Shown piece by piece: positions 11,401 through 24,754 of a DNA stretch of 64,000 nucleotides. The notes under the pieces were generated by a model, which was not told the DNA's origin, did no database searches, and worked only from the letters and a program-made list of their open reading frames with translations. Origin of the DNA: Macrostomum lignano (lineage: Eukaryota). The stretch lies in assembly GCA_002269645.1 (NCBI GenBank), contig NIVC01003115.1, forward strand, positions 54,554 through 118,553, in the 5' to 3' direction. The position numbers and the translations under genes were made by a program. How positions within the stretch are numbered: position 1 is the stretch's first letter; the number at the start of each line of letters is the position of its first letter.

Positions 11401-14400
11401 GAAGCATTGGATAAAATATGGGAACAAAAGTGATAGACTCTTATATGCGTCTCGTACTACTTAATATTAGCCGGACGAGTAATACGTGATAGTTGAAGTT
11501 AAAAAATCGTACAAACAAATATTTACGGTCTGTTGATGACTCCGACAAGACTGAAACAGGAGCATTAACATATGTGATGGTAGGTTACAAGCCAGTTTTA
11601 GTACGAGCTATAAAATACAATTATACAATTCAAGTATTTTATTTTTACTTTTAAAACTTTTTTTAATTAGTAAAACTAAAACTGGCTGACCAGACTAAGC
11701 ATTGCAGGATGAAAAAGTTGGTCTTAGGAAGAAAGAGTTGGTCTTAGGATGGAATGATTGGTCTTAGGATGGAATGATTGGTCTTAGGATGGAATGATTG
11801 GTCTTAGGTTGGAATGGTTGGCCTTAGGATGGAATGATTGGTCTTAGGTTGGAATGATTGGTCTTAGGTTGGAATGGTTGGCCTTAGGATGGAATGATTG
11901 GCCTTAGGTTGGAATGATTGGTCTTAGGTTGGAATGGTTGGCCTTAGGATGGAATGATTGGTCTTAGGTTGGAATGATTGGTCTTAGGTTGGAATGGTTG
12001 GCCTTAGGATGGAATGATTGGCCTTAGGATGGAATGATTGGTCTTAGGATGGAATGATTGGTCTTAGGATGGAATGATTGGTCTTAGGATGGAATGATTG
12101 GTCTTAGGATGGAATGATTGGTCTTAGGTTGGAATGGTTGGCCTTAGGATGGAATGATTGGTCTTAGGTTGGAATGATTGGTCTTAGGTTGGAATGGTTG
12201 GCCTTAGGATGGAATGATTGGCCTTAGGTTGGAATGATTGGTCTTAGGTTGGAATGGTTGGCCTTAGGATGGAATGATTGGCCTTAGGATGGAATGATTG
12301 GTCTTAGGTTGGAATGATTGGTCTTAGGATGGAATGATTGGCCTTAGGATGGAATGATTGGCCTTAGAATGGAGTGGTTGGTCTTAGGATGAAAAAATCT
12401 TTTAAAAAGATCAAATTAAATTTTTTAGAATGAAAGGCCTGCCGTCAAAGTGAAAAAATGTGAGCCTGGAATTGAAGGTACAACTGTCCATCTAGATGGA
12501 CACATCTGCCTAAAGGCATTGCAATCGGTTAACTTCTATGAAATCCTACTAATTGGATTTTAAGGAATCTATGACGTAACCTACTGTGAATGAAAGCAAT
12601 AGGTAAGGTGAGCCACTTCCCGACTGCTCACCTGAGCTGCACAGCGTCCAGGCACTGCTGGGACAGCAGTCGGCACAGGCAGGCCAGCATGGGCTCGCCG
12701 GGCTCGGCCATCAGCTGTACAGCGGCGAACTGCTCGCGGCCGAACACGCTGAGCGAGAAGTGCAGCAGCGACTGCAGGCCCTGCGGCGACACCGCCTGCC
12801 ACAGGGCCGGCCAGCAGGCCGAAGAGTCCTCGGCCTCATCCGCCGCCCGCTGCGGCGTCTGGGCGGTCATCAGGGCCGACAGGCGGCGCCACACGGCCGG
12901 AAGCAGCGGCGAGCCAAGGAACTGGTGGGCCAAGTCGGCCTCGTCGGCGGCGCCGTCCTGCTGGGTGAGCGCCAGTCGACAGGCCGTCAGGCAGCCGTCC
13001 AAGGCGCCGAAGGCGAACGGCGTCCGGGCAGCGCAGGCGCGCTCGTCGAACTCGGCAAAAGCGTCGGCGACGCACCTGGCCAGAACGTCGGTTGGCGGCA
13101 GGCGCTGGGCCGGGCCGCGCTGGGCGAGCTGGCTGAGAAGCAGGCCAGCGGCCGCGGCCTGCGAAGCCGGCTGGGAGTCGGCGAAGGCCTGGCAGAGACT
13201 CTGCGAGTGCGGCTCCAGGCTGAGGGAGGAGCGGGGATTTCCATGGCGCTTGATGCAGGATTAAATGGGATTTAATTTTATGGGTCATTAGGGATTTTGT
13301 GGGTTTTTTTGGGATGGTATGGGGTTTTGGGATGGCTTGGGGTCCTTTGGAATGGTATGGAGTCCTTCAAGATGGTATGGGGTCCTTGAAGATGGTATGG
13401 GGTCCTTCAAGATGGTATGGGGTCCTTGAAGATGGTATGGGGTCCTTTGGGATGGTATGGGGTCCTTCAAAATGGTATGGGGTCCTTGAAGATGGTATGG
13501 GGTCCTTGAAGATGGTATGGGGTCCTTGAAGATGGTATGGGGTCCTTGAAGATGGTATGGGGTCCTTCAAAATGGTATGGGGTCCTTGAAGATGGTATGG
13601 GGTCCTTGAAGATGGTATGGGGTCCTTTGGGATGGTATGGGGTCCTTCAAGATGGTATGGGGTCCTTGAAGATGGTATGGGGTCCTTGAAGATGGTATGG
13701 GGTCCTTCAAAATGGTATGGGGTCCTTGAAGATGGTATGGGGTCCTTCAAGATGGTATGGGGTCCTTTGGAATCGTATGGGGTCTTTGGAATGGTATGGG
13801 GTCCTTTGGGATAGTATGGGGTCCTTTGGAATGGTATGGGGTCTTTTGGAATGGTATGGGGTCTTTTGGAATGGTATGGGGTCCTTTGAAATGGTGCGGG
13901 GTCTTTTGGGATGACATGGGGTCCATCAGGATGGTATGGGGACTTTGTGATGGTATGAGGTCTTTGGGATGGTATGGGGTCCTTTGGGACGGTATGGGGT
14001 CCTTCGCGATGGTATGGGGTCTTTGGTGCGGTATGAGGTCTTTGGGACGGTATGGGCCCCTTCAAGGTGGTATGGAGTCCTTTGAGATGGTATGGGGTCT
14101 TTGAGATGGTACGGGATCCTTTATGCTGGCATGGGAAAGGGATAATTTAAATTGAGAACAGAGAACTATATTCTTCACAATCTTATCAAAGCAACCCTAA
14201 TCCAGAGCCAGGCAAAAAAGGACGGCTGTCTACGTGTGCTTCAATGCTAACCTTTGCGGAATGTCCTGCAGTTGAATCAGCAGAATGCTGACGCAGTGCG
14301 TAGCCATCTCGGCTGCCACGCCAGCCTCCTGGTCATCCAGCTCCATCTGCAAGTACAATAATGCGAGCAGCATCTGGAATTTAACTAAGGCTTGAAATCC

Positions 14401-17400
14401 TTAAGCATCTGAGGGTGTGGCCCAGCAACTTAATGCCTGGGAGGGGATGGCGGGAGCCAACTCAGAGAATGACAGTGTGAGAGATTTCGGCGCCAAACAG
14501 ATTAGGATCTCAGGATTTTGAGACCCTAGAAATGAGGATCTCCTGAGATTTTCAGACCCTACAAAATAAGGATCTCATATGGGATTTTGAGACCCTACAA
14601 ATGAGGATCTGATGTGAGATTTTGAGACACTACAAATGAGGATCTGATGTGAGATTTTGAGACCCTACAAAATGAGGATCTGATGTGAGATTTTGAGACC
14701 CTACAAAATAAGGATCTCATATGGGATTTTGAGACCCTACAAAATAAGGATCTGATGTGAGATTTTGAGACACTACAAATGAGGATCTGATGTGAGATTT
14801 TGAGACACTACAAATGAGGATCTGATGTGAGATTTTGAGACACTACAAATGAGGATCTGATGTGAGATTTTGAGACACTACAAATGAGGATCTGATGTGA
14901 GATTTTGAGACACTACAAATGAGGATCTGATGTGAGATTTTGAGACACTACAAATGAGGATCTGATGTGAGATTTTGAGACACTACAAATGAGGATCTGA
15001 TGTGAGATTTTGAGACCCTACAAAATGAGCATTTTATGAGATTTTGAGACCCTAAAACTGAGGATCTGATGTGAGATTTTTGAGACCCTACAAAATGAGC
15101 ATTTTATGAGATTTTGAGACCCTAAAAATGAGGATCTGATGTGAGATTTTGAGACCCTAAAAATGAGGATCTGATGTGAGATTTTGAGACCCTACAAAAT
15201 GAGCATCTCATATGAGATTTTGAGACCCTACAAATGAGGATCTCATGAGATTTTGAGACCCTACAAAATGAAGATTAAAACTAGCTACTTATAGGCTTAA
15301 ATTCTATTTTTGTGGACCTAAATTTATCCAAGCTGTGTAATGCTTACCTTGCCCAAGGAGGCGGCCACCAGAGTGTCCACACAGTCGGGCCTGGCGGCCA
15401 GCAGACGGCAGAAGTTCAGCGAGGTCTGCATGGCGGTGAACAGCAGCCGCAGGCAGCAAACGCAGAATCGCCGATCCCTTAGATACGTGATGAAAATTTC
15501 TGCCGCCTGTTCAAGCCGGCGCTCGCACAGCCGCTCGCCAATGTAGTAGGCCACCTTCTGGCGGCCCTGCTGGCCGGCACTGTCCGGCGTGGGCGGGCTG
15601 TGGCTCATGGCGGCCAGACAGACCACGGCTTGGCCAACGATTTCGGTCAGGCGGTCGCGGAATTCCCGCTGCTCGGATTGGCTTTTCAGGGCTGCGGGGA
15701 GAGGCGTTTTAATTGATGGGAAAATCTGTTGGTTGTGCCTACTCACCGGTAACTAATTATCAGCGCCCCTTATGCCTCACGTCATGTTTCATAGCCGTGA
15801 CTTGTCACCCTCATTAGTGCCCTACTTGTAACTCTCCTTTCTTGCCCTCTCCTTTATCACCCGCTCCCTTGTCACTCTCTCCTTTATCACCCTCTCCCTT
15901 GTCACTCTCTCCTTTATCACCCTCTCCCTTGTCACTCTCTCCTTTATCACCCTCTTCCTTGCCACTGGCCCTCCTTTATTACCCTCTCCCTTGTCACTCT
16001 CCTATATCGCCCTCTCCCTTGTCACTCCCCCCTTTATCACCCTCTCCCTTGTCACTCTCTCCTTTATCGCCCTCTCCCTTGTCACTCCCCCCTTTATCAC
16101 CCTCTCCCTTGTCACTCTCTCCTTTATTACCCTCTTCCTTGCCACTGGCCCTCCTTTATCACCCTCTCCCTTGTCACTCTCTCCTATATCGCCCTCTCCC
16201 TTGTCACTCCCCCCTTTATCACCCTCTCCCTTGTCACTCTCTCCTTTATCGCCCTCTCCCTTGTCACTCTCTCCTCTGTCACTCACTCCCTTGTCACTCT
16301 CTCCTTTACCGTCCTCTCCCTTGTCACTCTTTTACCGTCCTCTCCCTTGTCACTCTATCCTCCATGACCCTCCCATTGTCACTCTCTTCTTTACCCGCTT
16401 GAAATCCAGCATCATTCAACTCTCCCTTTCCAATAATTCACCCTTACATTATCCCCCAATCAATGAAACAACAAAAACAGGTCACGCGCCACAAAACAGA
16501 CCAGCAATGGCGTCGAGAATTCGCTGGTCCCGCAGCACTAGCAGATACCGCAGCAGGGCGTCCAGACTCAGACAGTAGTCGGAGGCCACGGACGAATAGA
16601 ATTGGTCGGCTTGGCGGGTTGGCTCGGAGTCCACTCGGCTGCACAGGCACTGCAGGCACTGCAGAGGAAAGGCGCTTTGAGGTCAGGCTGTGTAAGCCGT
16701 GAGGGCCAAGCTGCATGACTGGCGACTGTACAATGGCCCCTTTTACTGTCTATTAACTGCAACAACAGAGCCTAAACACCAACCAGCCTACCAGGCAAGT
16801 TTGCTCTCTCAGCTTCAAGTCCTCGTCGCACTGCTGATTGAGCAGCTTGGGCAGCAGGTCGACAAATTTCTGGCCGATCGTGTTGAACTGGGAGATGCTG
16901 AAATAACATTTATTATTCTGCATACTTCAAGTACCTAACACGGATTCTGTCACTGACCAATCAGAAAGCAACAGGCAGATTCTGTCACTGACCAATCAGA
17001 AAGCAACAGGCAGATTTTGTCACTGACCAATCAGAGAGCAACAGGCAGATTCTGTCACTGACCAATCAGAGAGAAACATGCAGATTCTGTCACTGACCAA
17101 TCAGAGAGCAACAGGCAGATTCTGTCACTGACCAATCAGAGAGCAACAGGCAGATTCTGTCACTGACCAATCAGAGAGAAACATGCAGATTCTGTCACTG
17201 ACCAATCAGAGAGCAACAGGCAGATTCTGTCACTGACCAATCAGAGAGCAACAAGCAGATTTTGTCACTGACCAATCAGAGAGCAACAGGCAGATTCTGT
17301 CACTGACCAATCAGAAAGCAACATGCAGATTCTGTCACTGACCAATCAGAGAGCAACAGGCAGATTCTGTCACTGACCAATCAGAGAGAAACATGCAGAT

Positions 17401-20400
17401 TCTGTCACTGACCAATCAGAGAGCAACAGGCAGATTCTGTCACTGACCAATCAGAGAGCAACAGGCAGATTTTGTCACTGACCAATCAGAGAGCAACAGG
17501 CAGATTCTGTCACTGACCAATCAGAAAGCAACATGCAGATTCTGTCACTGACCAATCAGAGAGCAACAGGCAGATTCTGTCACTGACCAATCAGAGAGCA
17601 ACATGCAGATTCTGTCACTGACCAATCAGAGAGCAACAGGCAGATTCTGTCACTGACCAATGAGAGAGCAACGGGCAGATTCTGTCACTGACCAATCAGA
17701 GAGCAATAGGCAAATTCTGTCACTGACCAATGAGAGAGCAACAGGCAGATTCTGTCACTGATCAATACCGAACAATACTGAAATTAGAAATCTCACATTT
17801 TCTCCTTTTCCGGGTCCCTGCCGCCGCCTCCGGAATCCACCAGCTGGCTGCCCAGTTCGGATGCAAAGTAGGCATTAATTGTGAGCACAAAGTCCAGCAG
17901 GATTTGCTGGTACCAGGGCTGCACTCGGACTTTATTGTGGCTGAGCAGGTCGCTCAGGGTGCCGGTTAGCTTTGTGTGCAAAGATGAAGCGCTCAGAAAG
18001 TTGAACAGCGAAGCCAAGTCCCTGGAAAAATTGTATTCACCTGTCAATTGCCTGTGTCTGGGTTATTCTTTCTTTCAATTTCAGTTACTCACCGCCTCTC
18101 CAGCAGCAGATTATTAAGAGTCTTGAGCAGCGGTCACATCTTTGAAGCTCCATCCAGCATGCCCTCGGCCATCAGCTGCACGCACTTGTCCCAGCGCTCG
18201 ATCAGCTTTCTAAGAAACGTCTTGTCGTTAAGGAAGCGCCGGCCCTGGTCTTTGTCAGCCGCGGCAGCGGTGTCGTCAACCAGGGCAGCCCATTCGTCGT
18301 CCGAATCGACTGCGTCCTGATTAATAATTAATTAGCTTTGTTTGCTAGGAAAAGTTCTGAATCGTGTTTGTTGCTAAGGTCAATTTCTTAGCATATTGGT
18401 TGCTAGGGATAATTTTGCACATTTTTTTCAAGTTGGTTGCCAAGGGTAATTATAAAGCATATTGGTTGCTAATGGGAATTATGAATCCTGTAGGTTGGTT
18501 GCGAATCGTAAATAGTGTAGATTGGTTGCTAAGGAGAACTATGAATCTTGCAGGTTGGTTGCTAAGGAGAACTATGAATCTTGTAGGTTAGTTGCTAAGG
18601 AGAATTTTTTTTATATTGTAGGTTGGTTGCTAAGGCGAATAATGAATCCTGTATAGGTTGGTTGCTAAGGAGAACTATAAATCCTGTACGTTGGTTGCTA
18701 AGGAGAATTAAATGAATCTTGTAGGTTGGTTGCTAAGGCGAATTATGAATCCTGTAGGTTGGTTGCTAAGAACTATGAATCCTGTACGTTGGTTGCTAAG
18801 GAGAATTAGGACGACGGAAGTTTTAAAAAAATCATATTTTTAGGAGATGATGAATGAAAAGCCAGCACGAACCTCGATTTGCACAGTCTCGATGTTGGGC
18901 TGCTGCTGCGGCTGCTGCTTCTGCCCGGCCGTCAGGCTCCGTTTAGACGAGCTCAGCACCCGGCGCTCGCCGATCTCCACCTCCGGGAAGCCTTTGTCAT
19001 AGTCCGAATCGATCCGGTCCGCCCGGGGCGTCGGCCGCGAGTCCGCCGCGTCCGCACCACCCCAGCCGTCATCGGCTGCGGCCGCTGATGGTGACAGGTT
19101 GTGCAGCTGCTTCGGACTCGGGTGACGAACGCCCGACTGCGACCTGCCGCCGCCGCCGCTGCCGCCGCCACTGGATGGCCGCTGGCTGGAGGACGATCGA
19201 CGCTGCTGCTGGGGAGCCGGCTGCTCCGCCGACGGCTTTCCGCTGGCGCTGTGCGGCGGCTGCTTCTGCTGCTTCCTGGCCTGCTCCTGCTGGGCGATGG
19301 CCTGCCGGCGCTTTGCCTCGTCTTTCTCCTGCTGCGCTTTCTGGCGAGCTCGGGACAGAATCTTGCTCTGGCCTGCGGGTGTGGGACAGTTTAGAGGGCT
19401 GGGAGATAGGAGCGATGAGATAACAGATAGGCAATAGGGGATAAAGCGAACGCAGTGAGGGGTGGATGCGAGATCGCGGAAGTGGTTAAAGAAGGGCAGA
19501 GGGCGGATGCGGTAAATGGGAAGAGAACGGGTCTGGCAGGGTAGGGAGCGGGTCTGGCAGGGTAGGGAGTGGGTCTGGCAGGGTAGGGAGTGGGTCTGGC
19601 AGGGTAGGGAGTGGGTCTGGCAGGGTAGGGAGCGGGTCTGGCAGGGTAGGGAGTGGGTCTGGCAGGGTAGGGAGCGGGTCTGGCAGGGTAGGGAGTGGGT
19701 CTGGCAGGGTAGGGAGTGGGTCTGGCAGGGTAGGGAGTGGGTCTGGCAGGGTAGGGAGTGGGTCTGGCAGGGTAGGGAGTGGGTCTGGCAGGGGAGGGAG
19801 CGGGTCTGGCAGGGTAGGGAGTGGGTCTGGCAGGGTAGGGAGTGGGTCTGGCAGGGTAGGGAGTGGGTCTGGCAGGGGAGGGAGCGGGTCTGGCAGGGTA
19901 GGGAGTGGGTCTGGCAGGGTAGGGAGCGGGTCTGGCAGGGTAAGGAGTGGGTCTGGCAGAGGAGGGAGCGGGTCTGGCAGGGGAGGGAGCGGGTCTGACA
20001 GGGGAGGGAGCGGGTCTGACAGGGGAGGAAGTGGGTCTGACAGGGGAGGGAGCGGGTCTGACAGGGGAGGGAGCGGGTCTTACAGGGGAGGGAGTGGGTC
20101 TGACAGGGTAGGGAGCGGGTCTGGCGGGGGAGGGAGCGGGTCTGGCAGGGGAGGGAGCGGGTCTGGCAGGGTAGGGAGTGGGTCGGGCAGGGTAGGGAGT
20201 GGGTCTGGCAGGGTAGGGAGTGGGTCTGGCAGGGGAGGGAGCGGGTCTGGCAGGGTAGGGAGTGGGTCTGGCAGGGTAGGGAGCGGGTCTGGCAGGGTAG
20301 GGAGTGGGTCTGGCAGAGGAGGGAGCGGGTCTGGCAGGGGAGGGAGCGGGTCTGACAGGGGAGGGAGCGGGTCTGACAGGGGAGGGAGCGGGTCTGGCAG

Positions 20401-22236
20401 GGGAGGGAGCGGGTCTGACAGGGGAGGGAGCGGGTCTGACAGGGGAGGGAGCGGGTCTGGCAGGGGAGGGAGCGGGTCTGACAGGGGAGGGAGCGGGTCT
20501 GGCAGGGGAGGGAGCGGGTCTGACAGGGGAGGGAGCGGATATGATAGGGGGGGAGCAGATGTGGCAGAGAAGGCAGCGGATCTGGCATAGGAGAGAGATA
20601 AACCATAGAGTGAGCATAGAGGGTTGAGATTCACTGATACAGTGCCGGATGCACACACAAAAGGATGGGGAGCAGCACACAAATATGAAGCGATGAAATT
20701 TGCCCCGACAAAGCCTCATACCTCCAGAGTTCTGACTCTTCAGCTTGATCTGTTTCTCCCGTTCGATATTCTGCGAAGCGCTCAACGGCTGGGTGAACTT
20801 GCTGCGCATCTGGATGGTGGCATCGTCCACATCGATGCCGTCGACCACCCATTCGTGCCTGAGCAGCTCCGGCCAGTTCAGCCGCTTTCGCGGATCTTTC
20901 TGCAGCAGGCCCTGCAAGAAGCTCCGACAGCCCGCAGACATGGTGGATGGCCAGTGGATGGATTCGTTGACCACCTTGCGAACAAGCTGAAAGAGGAATG
21001 AAAGAAAATTTAGAAATCTGTTTATTCAACTTCAGTGACAATTTATTGGCAATCCACAAAAAAAGTAAACAGCCGGAGTAACCATGCACGCTTCTACAAC
21101 GTACAACTCTTCGTCATCTAATTAGTTATGATGTTAAATAAACCGAATAGAAGTAAACGGCAGGAGTAACTATGCACGCTTCTACAACACAATACCCCTC
21201 GTCATCTAATTAGTGATTCTACAAAGGGCTTATTAGCAAACTAACCCAGCCAAGCTCACCTCGATAATGTTGTTAGTAGAGAACGGCGGGCTTCCGGTAA
21301 GCAATTCGTAAAGAATGCAGCCCAAGGCCCACAAGTCCGCAGAGTGATCGTATGGCTTCTCCTCCATGAGCTCGGGCGACATGTACAGCGGCGTGCCCTT
21401 GATGCTGGTCAGCACCATCGTGTTTATGCCCATGCTGCGGGCGAATCCGAAGTCGCACAGCTTCACTGCGCCATTATTGCCAAGCAGGATGTTTTGCGGC
21501 TTCATGTCTCGGTGCAGGATGCTGTGAGCGTGCAGGTAATAGAGGGCCGACACCAGCTGGCAGGCGATGCTGCGGACCTGAGATAAGGTCGAGTGACGGG
21601 GTGAGTGCGTGAGTGAGTGATTGAGTGAGTGAGTGAGTGAGTGAGTGATCAAACTGGTGAATGAGTAGGTAAGTGAGTAAGTGAGTGAGTGATTGAGTAT
21701 TTGAGTGACTAAATTCATGAATGAGTGAGTGGGTGAATGGATGAGTGAGTCAGCGAGTGAGTGAGTGACAAATCGGTGAATGAGTGGGTGACTGAGTGAG
21801 TTAACGAGTGAGTATGAGTGACTAAAGTAATTAGTGAATGTGAGTGAATCAGCGGTGAGTGAGTGACTAACTGACAGAAAGCGCTCACAATTTCCTCTGG
21901 CAGCTGCATGTCATCCTCCAGGATCTGCAGCAGCTCGCCGTGCGCGTACTCGGTGACCGCCACCACCTCCTTCTCGGTCTCGAAAGTGTCCAGCATTCGC
22001 ACAATGTTCTGATGCTTCAGACCCTGCATGATGTCGATTTCTTTCTTGAGATTTCGCAGTTCCCTGGCGCTCTTGGTGCCCTTCGGGATGAACTTGAGCG
22101 CGACAACTTCGCTGCTGAACTTCTTGCGGCCGCGGAAGACCCGGCCGAAGCTGCCCTCGCCGATGCAGTCCATCACGTGGTAGCCGTTCACCGTGGCGAC
22201 GCTGGCGGCCCCAGGGCCGGCTGAGGGACTCGACAT
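8456..22236 (-). CDS. STK36: Serine/threonine kinase 36 / Fused (~1420 aa, 15 exons), with one in-frame TGA at 18136-18134
   Basis: Exons 22236-21889, 21577-21260, 20986-20722, 19372-18873, 18316-18093, 18021-17797, 16897-16792, 16658-16502, 15691-15348, 14346-14252, 13219-12632, 11226-11107, 10530-10371, 10208-10002, 9067-8456; all GT-AG and phase-compatible (sum 4269 nt). Kinase motifs [46 protein letters not shown] are typical of Fused/STK36; C-terminal ARM/HEAT-like region with QLLCFPF. Confidence 0.92.
9700..9930. repeat. ~29-bp minisatellite built on palindrome GTCACGTGAC (STK36 last intron)
   Basis: Direct; scattered copies also at ~8370-8450 and ~9400-9440. Confidence 0.85.
10590..11098. 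repeat. 35-bp minisatellite (gatgtcagcagcagtgatcccacacccagtctgca), STK36 intron
   Basis: Direct tandem copies filling the intron. Confidence 0.92.
11715..12390. repeat. 20-bp minisatellite (ggtcttaggatggaatgatt), STK36 intron
   Basis: Direct tandem copies. Confidence 0.92.
13290..14115. repeat. 20-bp minisatellite (ggtatggggtccttgaagat), STK36 intron
   Basis: Direct tandem copies. Confidence 0.92.
14500..15275. repeat. ~35-bp minisatellite (gaggatctgatgtgagattttgagacactacaaat), STK36 intron
   Basis: Direct tandem copies. Confidence 0.9.
15830..16400. repeat. 30-bp pyrimidine-rich minisatellite (ctcccttgtcactctctcctttatcaccct), STK36 intron
   Basis: Direct tandem copies. Confidence 0.88.
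16945..17760. repeat. 35-bp minisatellite containing TGACCAATCAG (CCAAT box) in each unit, STK36 intron
   Basis: About 23 tandem copies of gattctgtcactgaccaatcagagagcaacaggca. Confidence 0.92.
18380..18810. repeat. Degenerate ~35-bp minisatellite (gtaggttggttgctaaggagaactatgaatcct), STK36 intron
   Basis: Direct tandem copies. Confidence 0.85.
19525..20540. repeat. 21-bp G-rich minisatellite (gggtctggcagggtagggagt), STK36 intron 3
   Basis: Direct; source of the spurious 588-aa and 527-aa ORFs. Confidence 0.93.
21600..21870. repeat. Degenerate (GAGT)n microsatellite, STK36 intron 1
   Basis: Direct observation. Confidence 0.85.
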
Positions 22237-22389
22237 GCCGCCGTCCAATGGGAGAGCATGCAAATTGCAGTGATCACTGAATTCTCATTTTGAACGGGGG
22301 TGCGCGTGCGCAACGCCTACTGATAAAAGTAGAAAGGCATGAAAATAAAGATAAAACGATCCTGATTCAGCTAAACTTCTTCTTATCTA

Positions 22390-23310
22390 GCTAATATCAG
22401 GATGGTCTAGTTAATCTCATTATAATCTAGCTAATCTCATCCTGATCTAGCTAATCTCATCCTGATTTAGCTAATCCCATCCTGATCTAGCTAATCCCAT
22501 CCTGATCTAGCTAATCTCATCCTGATCTAGCTAATCCCATCCTGATCTAGCTAATCCCATCCTGATCTAGCTAATCCCATCCTGATCTAAATCTCACCCT
22601 GATCTAGCTAATCTCACCCTGATCTAGCTAATCTCATCCTGATCTAGTTAATCCCATCCTGATCTAGCTAATCCCATCCTGATCTAGCTAATCGCATCCT
22701 GATCTAGTTAATTCCATCCTGATCTAGCTAATCCCATCCTGATCTAGCTAATCGCATCCTGATCTAAATCTTATCCTGATCTAGCTAATCCCACTCTGAT
22801 CTAGCTAATCCCACCCTGATCTAGCTAATCCCATCCTGGTCTAGCTAATCCCATCCTGATCTCGCTAATCCCATCCTGATCTAGCTAATCCCATCCTGAT
22901 CTAGCTAATTCCATCCTGATCTAGCTAATCCCATCCTGATCTCGCTAATCCCATCCTGATCTAGCTAATCCCATCCTGATCTAGCTAATTCCATCCTGAT
23001 CTAGCTAATCCCATCCTGATCTCGCTAATCCCATCCTGATCTAGCTAATCCCATCCTGATCTAGCTAATCCCATCCTGATCTAGCTAATTCCATCCTGAT
23101 CTAGCTAATCCCATCCTGATCTCGCTAATCCCATCCTGAGCTAGCTAATCCCACCCTGATCTAGCTAATCCCATCCTGATCTAGCTAATCCCATCCTGAT
23201 CTAGCTAATCCCATCCTGATCTAGCTAATCCCACCCTGATCTAGCTAATTCCATCCTGATCTAGCTAATCCCACCCTGATCTAGCTAATCCCACCCTGAT
23301 CTAGCTAATC
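22390..23310. repeat. 20-bp minisatellite (atcctgatctagctaatccc), intergenic
   Basis: Direct tandem copies upstream of STK36. Confidence 0.93.
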
Positions 23311-23674
23311 TCAGCTAGATCTATAGATTGTTATCAAATCCTAGTTAGAGAAAGCAAATAAAACGAGAGCAAACTGATAGCAAAATATTATATTTGAAAA
23401 TCGCAAACCAGGGCCACAGACTGACAGCTGGATATGCGCAATAAATCAATGTGTAATTCCGCTCCGAACTTATCATCAAATTGTGAATCAGTGTAATTGG
23501 CAACACGAGGATTAGTATAACTAAGTATAGACATATAATTAAGTATAGATAAGAAAATTGTTTAGAATTTGACTCCAATTGTACAATAATTAAACGAGTG
23601 CATCATGTTAATTACTGGGATAGTTATATTATTGAATTTGGAATTACAAAAGAGTACGTTACTTAAAATATTCA

Positions 23675-24120
23675 TCTACAGACTGGGATTATAGATCTAC
23701 AGACTGGGATTATAGATCTACAGACTGGGATTATTGGTCTACAGACTGGGATTATAGATCTACAGACTGGGATTGTAGATCTACAGACTGGGATTGTAGA
23801 TCTACAGACTGGGATTGTAGATCTACAGACTGGAATTATAGATCTACAGACTGGGATTATAGATCTACAGAATGGGATCATAGATCTACAGACTGGGATC
23901 ATAGATCTACAGACTGGGATTGTAGATCTACAGACTGGGATTGTAGATCTACAGACTGGAATTATAGATCTACAGACTGGGATTATAGATCTACAGACTA
24001 GGATCATAGATCTACAGACTGGGATCATAGATCTACAGACTGGGATCATAGATCTACAGACTGGGATCATAGATCTATAGACTAGGATTATAGATCTACA
24101 GACTGGGATTATAAATCTAA
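23675..24120. repeat. 21-bp minisatellite (gatctacagactgggattata), intergenic
   Basis: Direct tandem copies. Confidence 0.93.
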
Positions 24121-24754
24121 AGTAGGCGAACAGGAATATAATTTTCAGTACAATAACCGTCAAATATAACTGGAATAAAACAATAAATAACTGAAACTGA
24201 CCACAATCAACTATTACAAAGTTCTGGCCTCATAAAACAATAAACTGTATAATGAGAAGAGCTCCATAGCCGGTAATATACGGGAATGTATATAGAACAA
24301 ACATTAAACACCCAATAACCGACTGGCTTGGATGCAGTGAGAACTGAAGAGGTAAATATCTGAGTAGGATAGCATACAGCAACTGAGAACATGGGATGAG
24401 CATTGAAGCAAAGAGTATCACAAAAATCATGTAAAAATATAATTAGGAATAAGAATATAACGTTATATAAAAGTTATATGTAAAGCACAAAATAATTTTA
24501 TTAATCTTGCGACAGACCGAACCAAAAATAAAATAATTCTTATGCACTTCATAAACAGTTGATATAAATTATATCAACAAGTGTGAATTCCATTATAACT
24601 TGTTGAGAATGTGTTCGGTCTGAACATTTCAAGATGCATTACAGGTACTACATAATAACTGACTATCAACTGATTAGCAAATTGGGACAAAAATATTAGC
24701 ATTGAAATCGACCAGTAAGTACAGATTGTACTTTGTAACAGACTTCTATTTTGA

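Noticed and set aside
18134-18136. Selenocysteine reading of the STK36 TGA
   Set aside because: Position corresponds to a non-catalytic helix (likely Arg), STK36 is not a known selenoprotein family, and no SECIS was recognised in the 3' region.
18840-20974. Long ORFs (588 aa and 527 aa) with SLPCQTR / PARPAPS repeats
   Set aside because: Read-through of a 21-bp intronic minisatellite; only the flanking parts are true STK36 exons 3 and 4.
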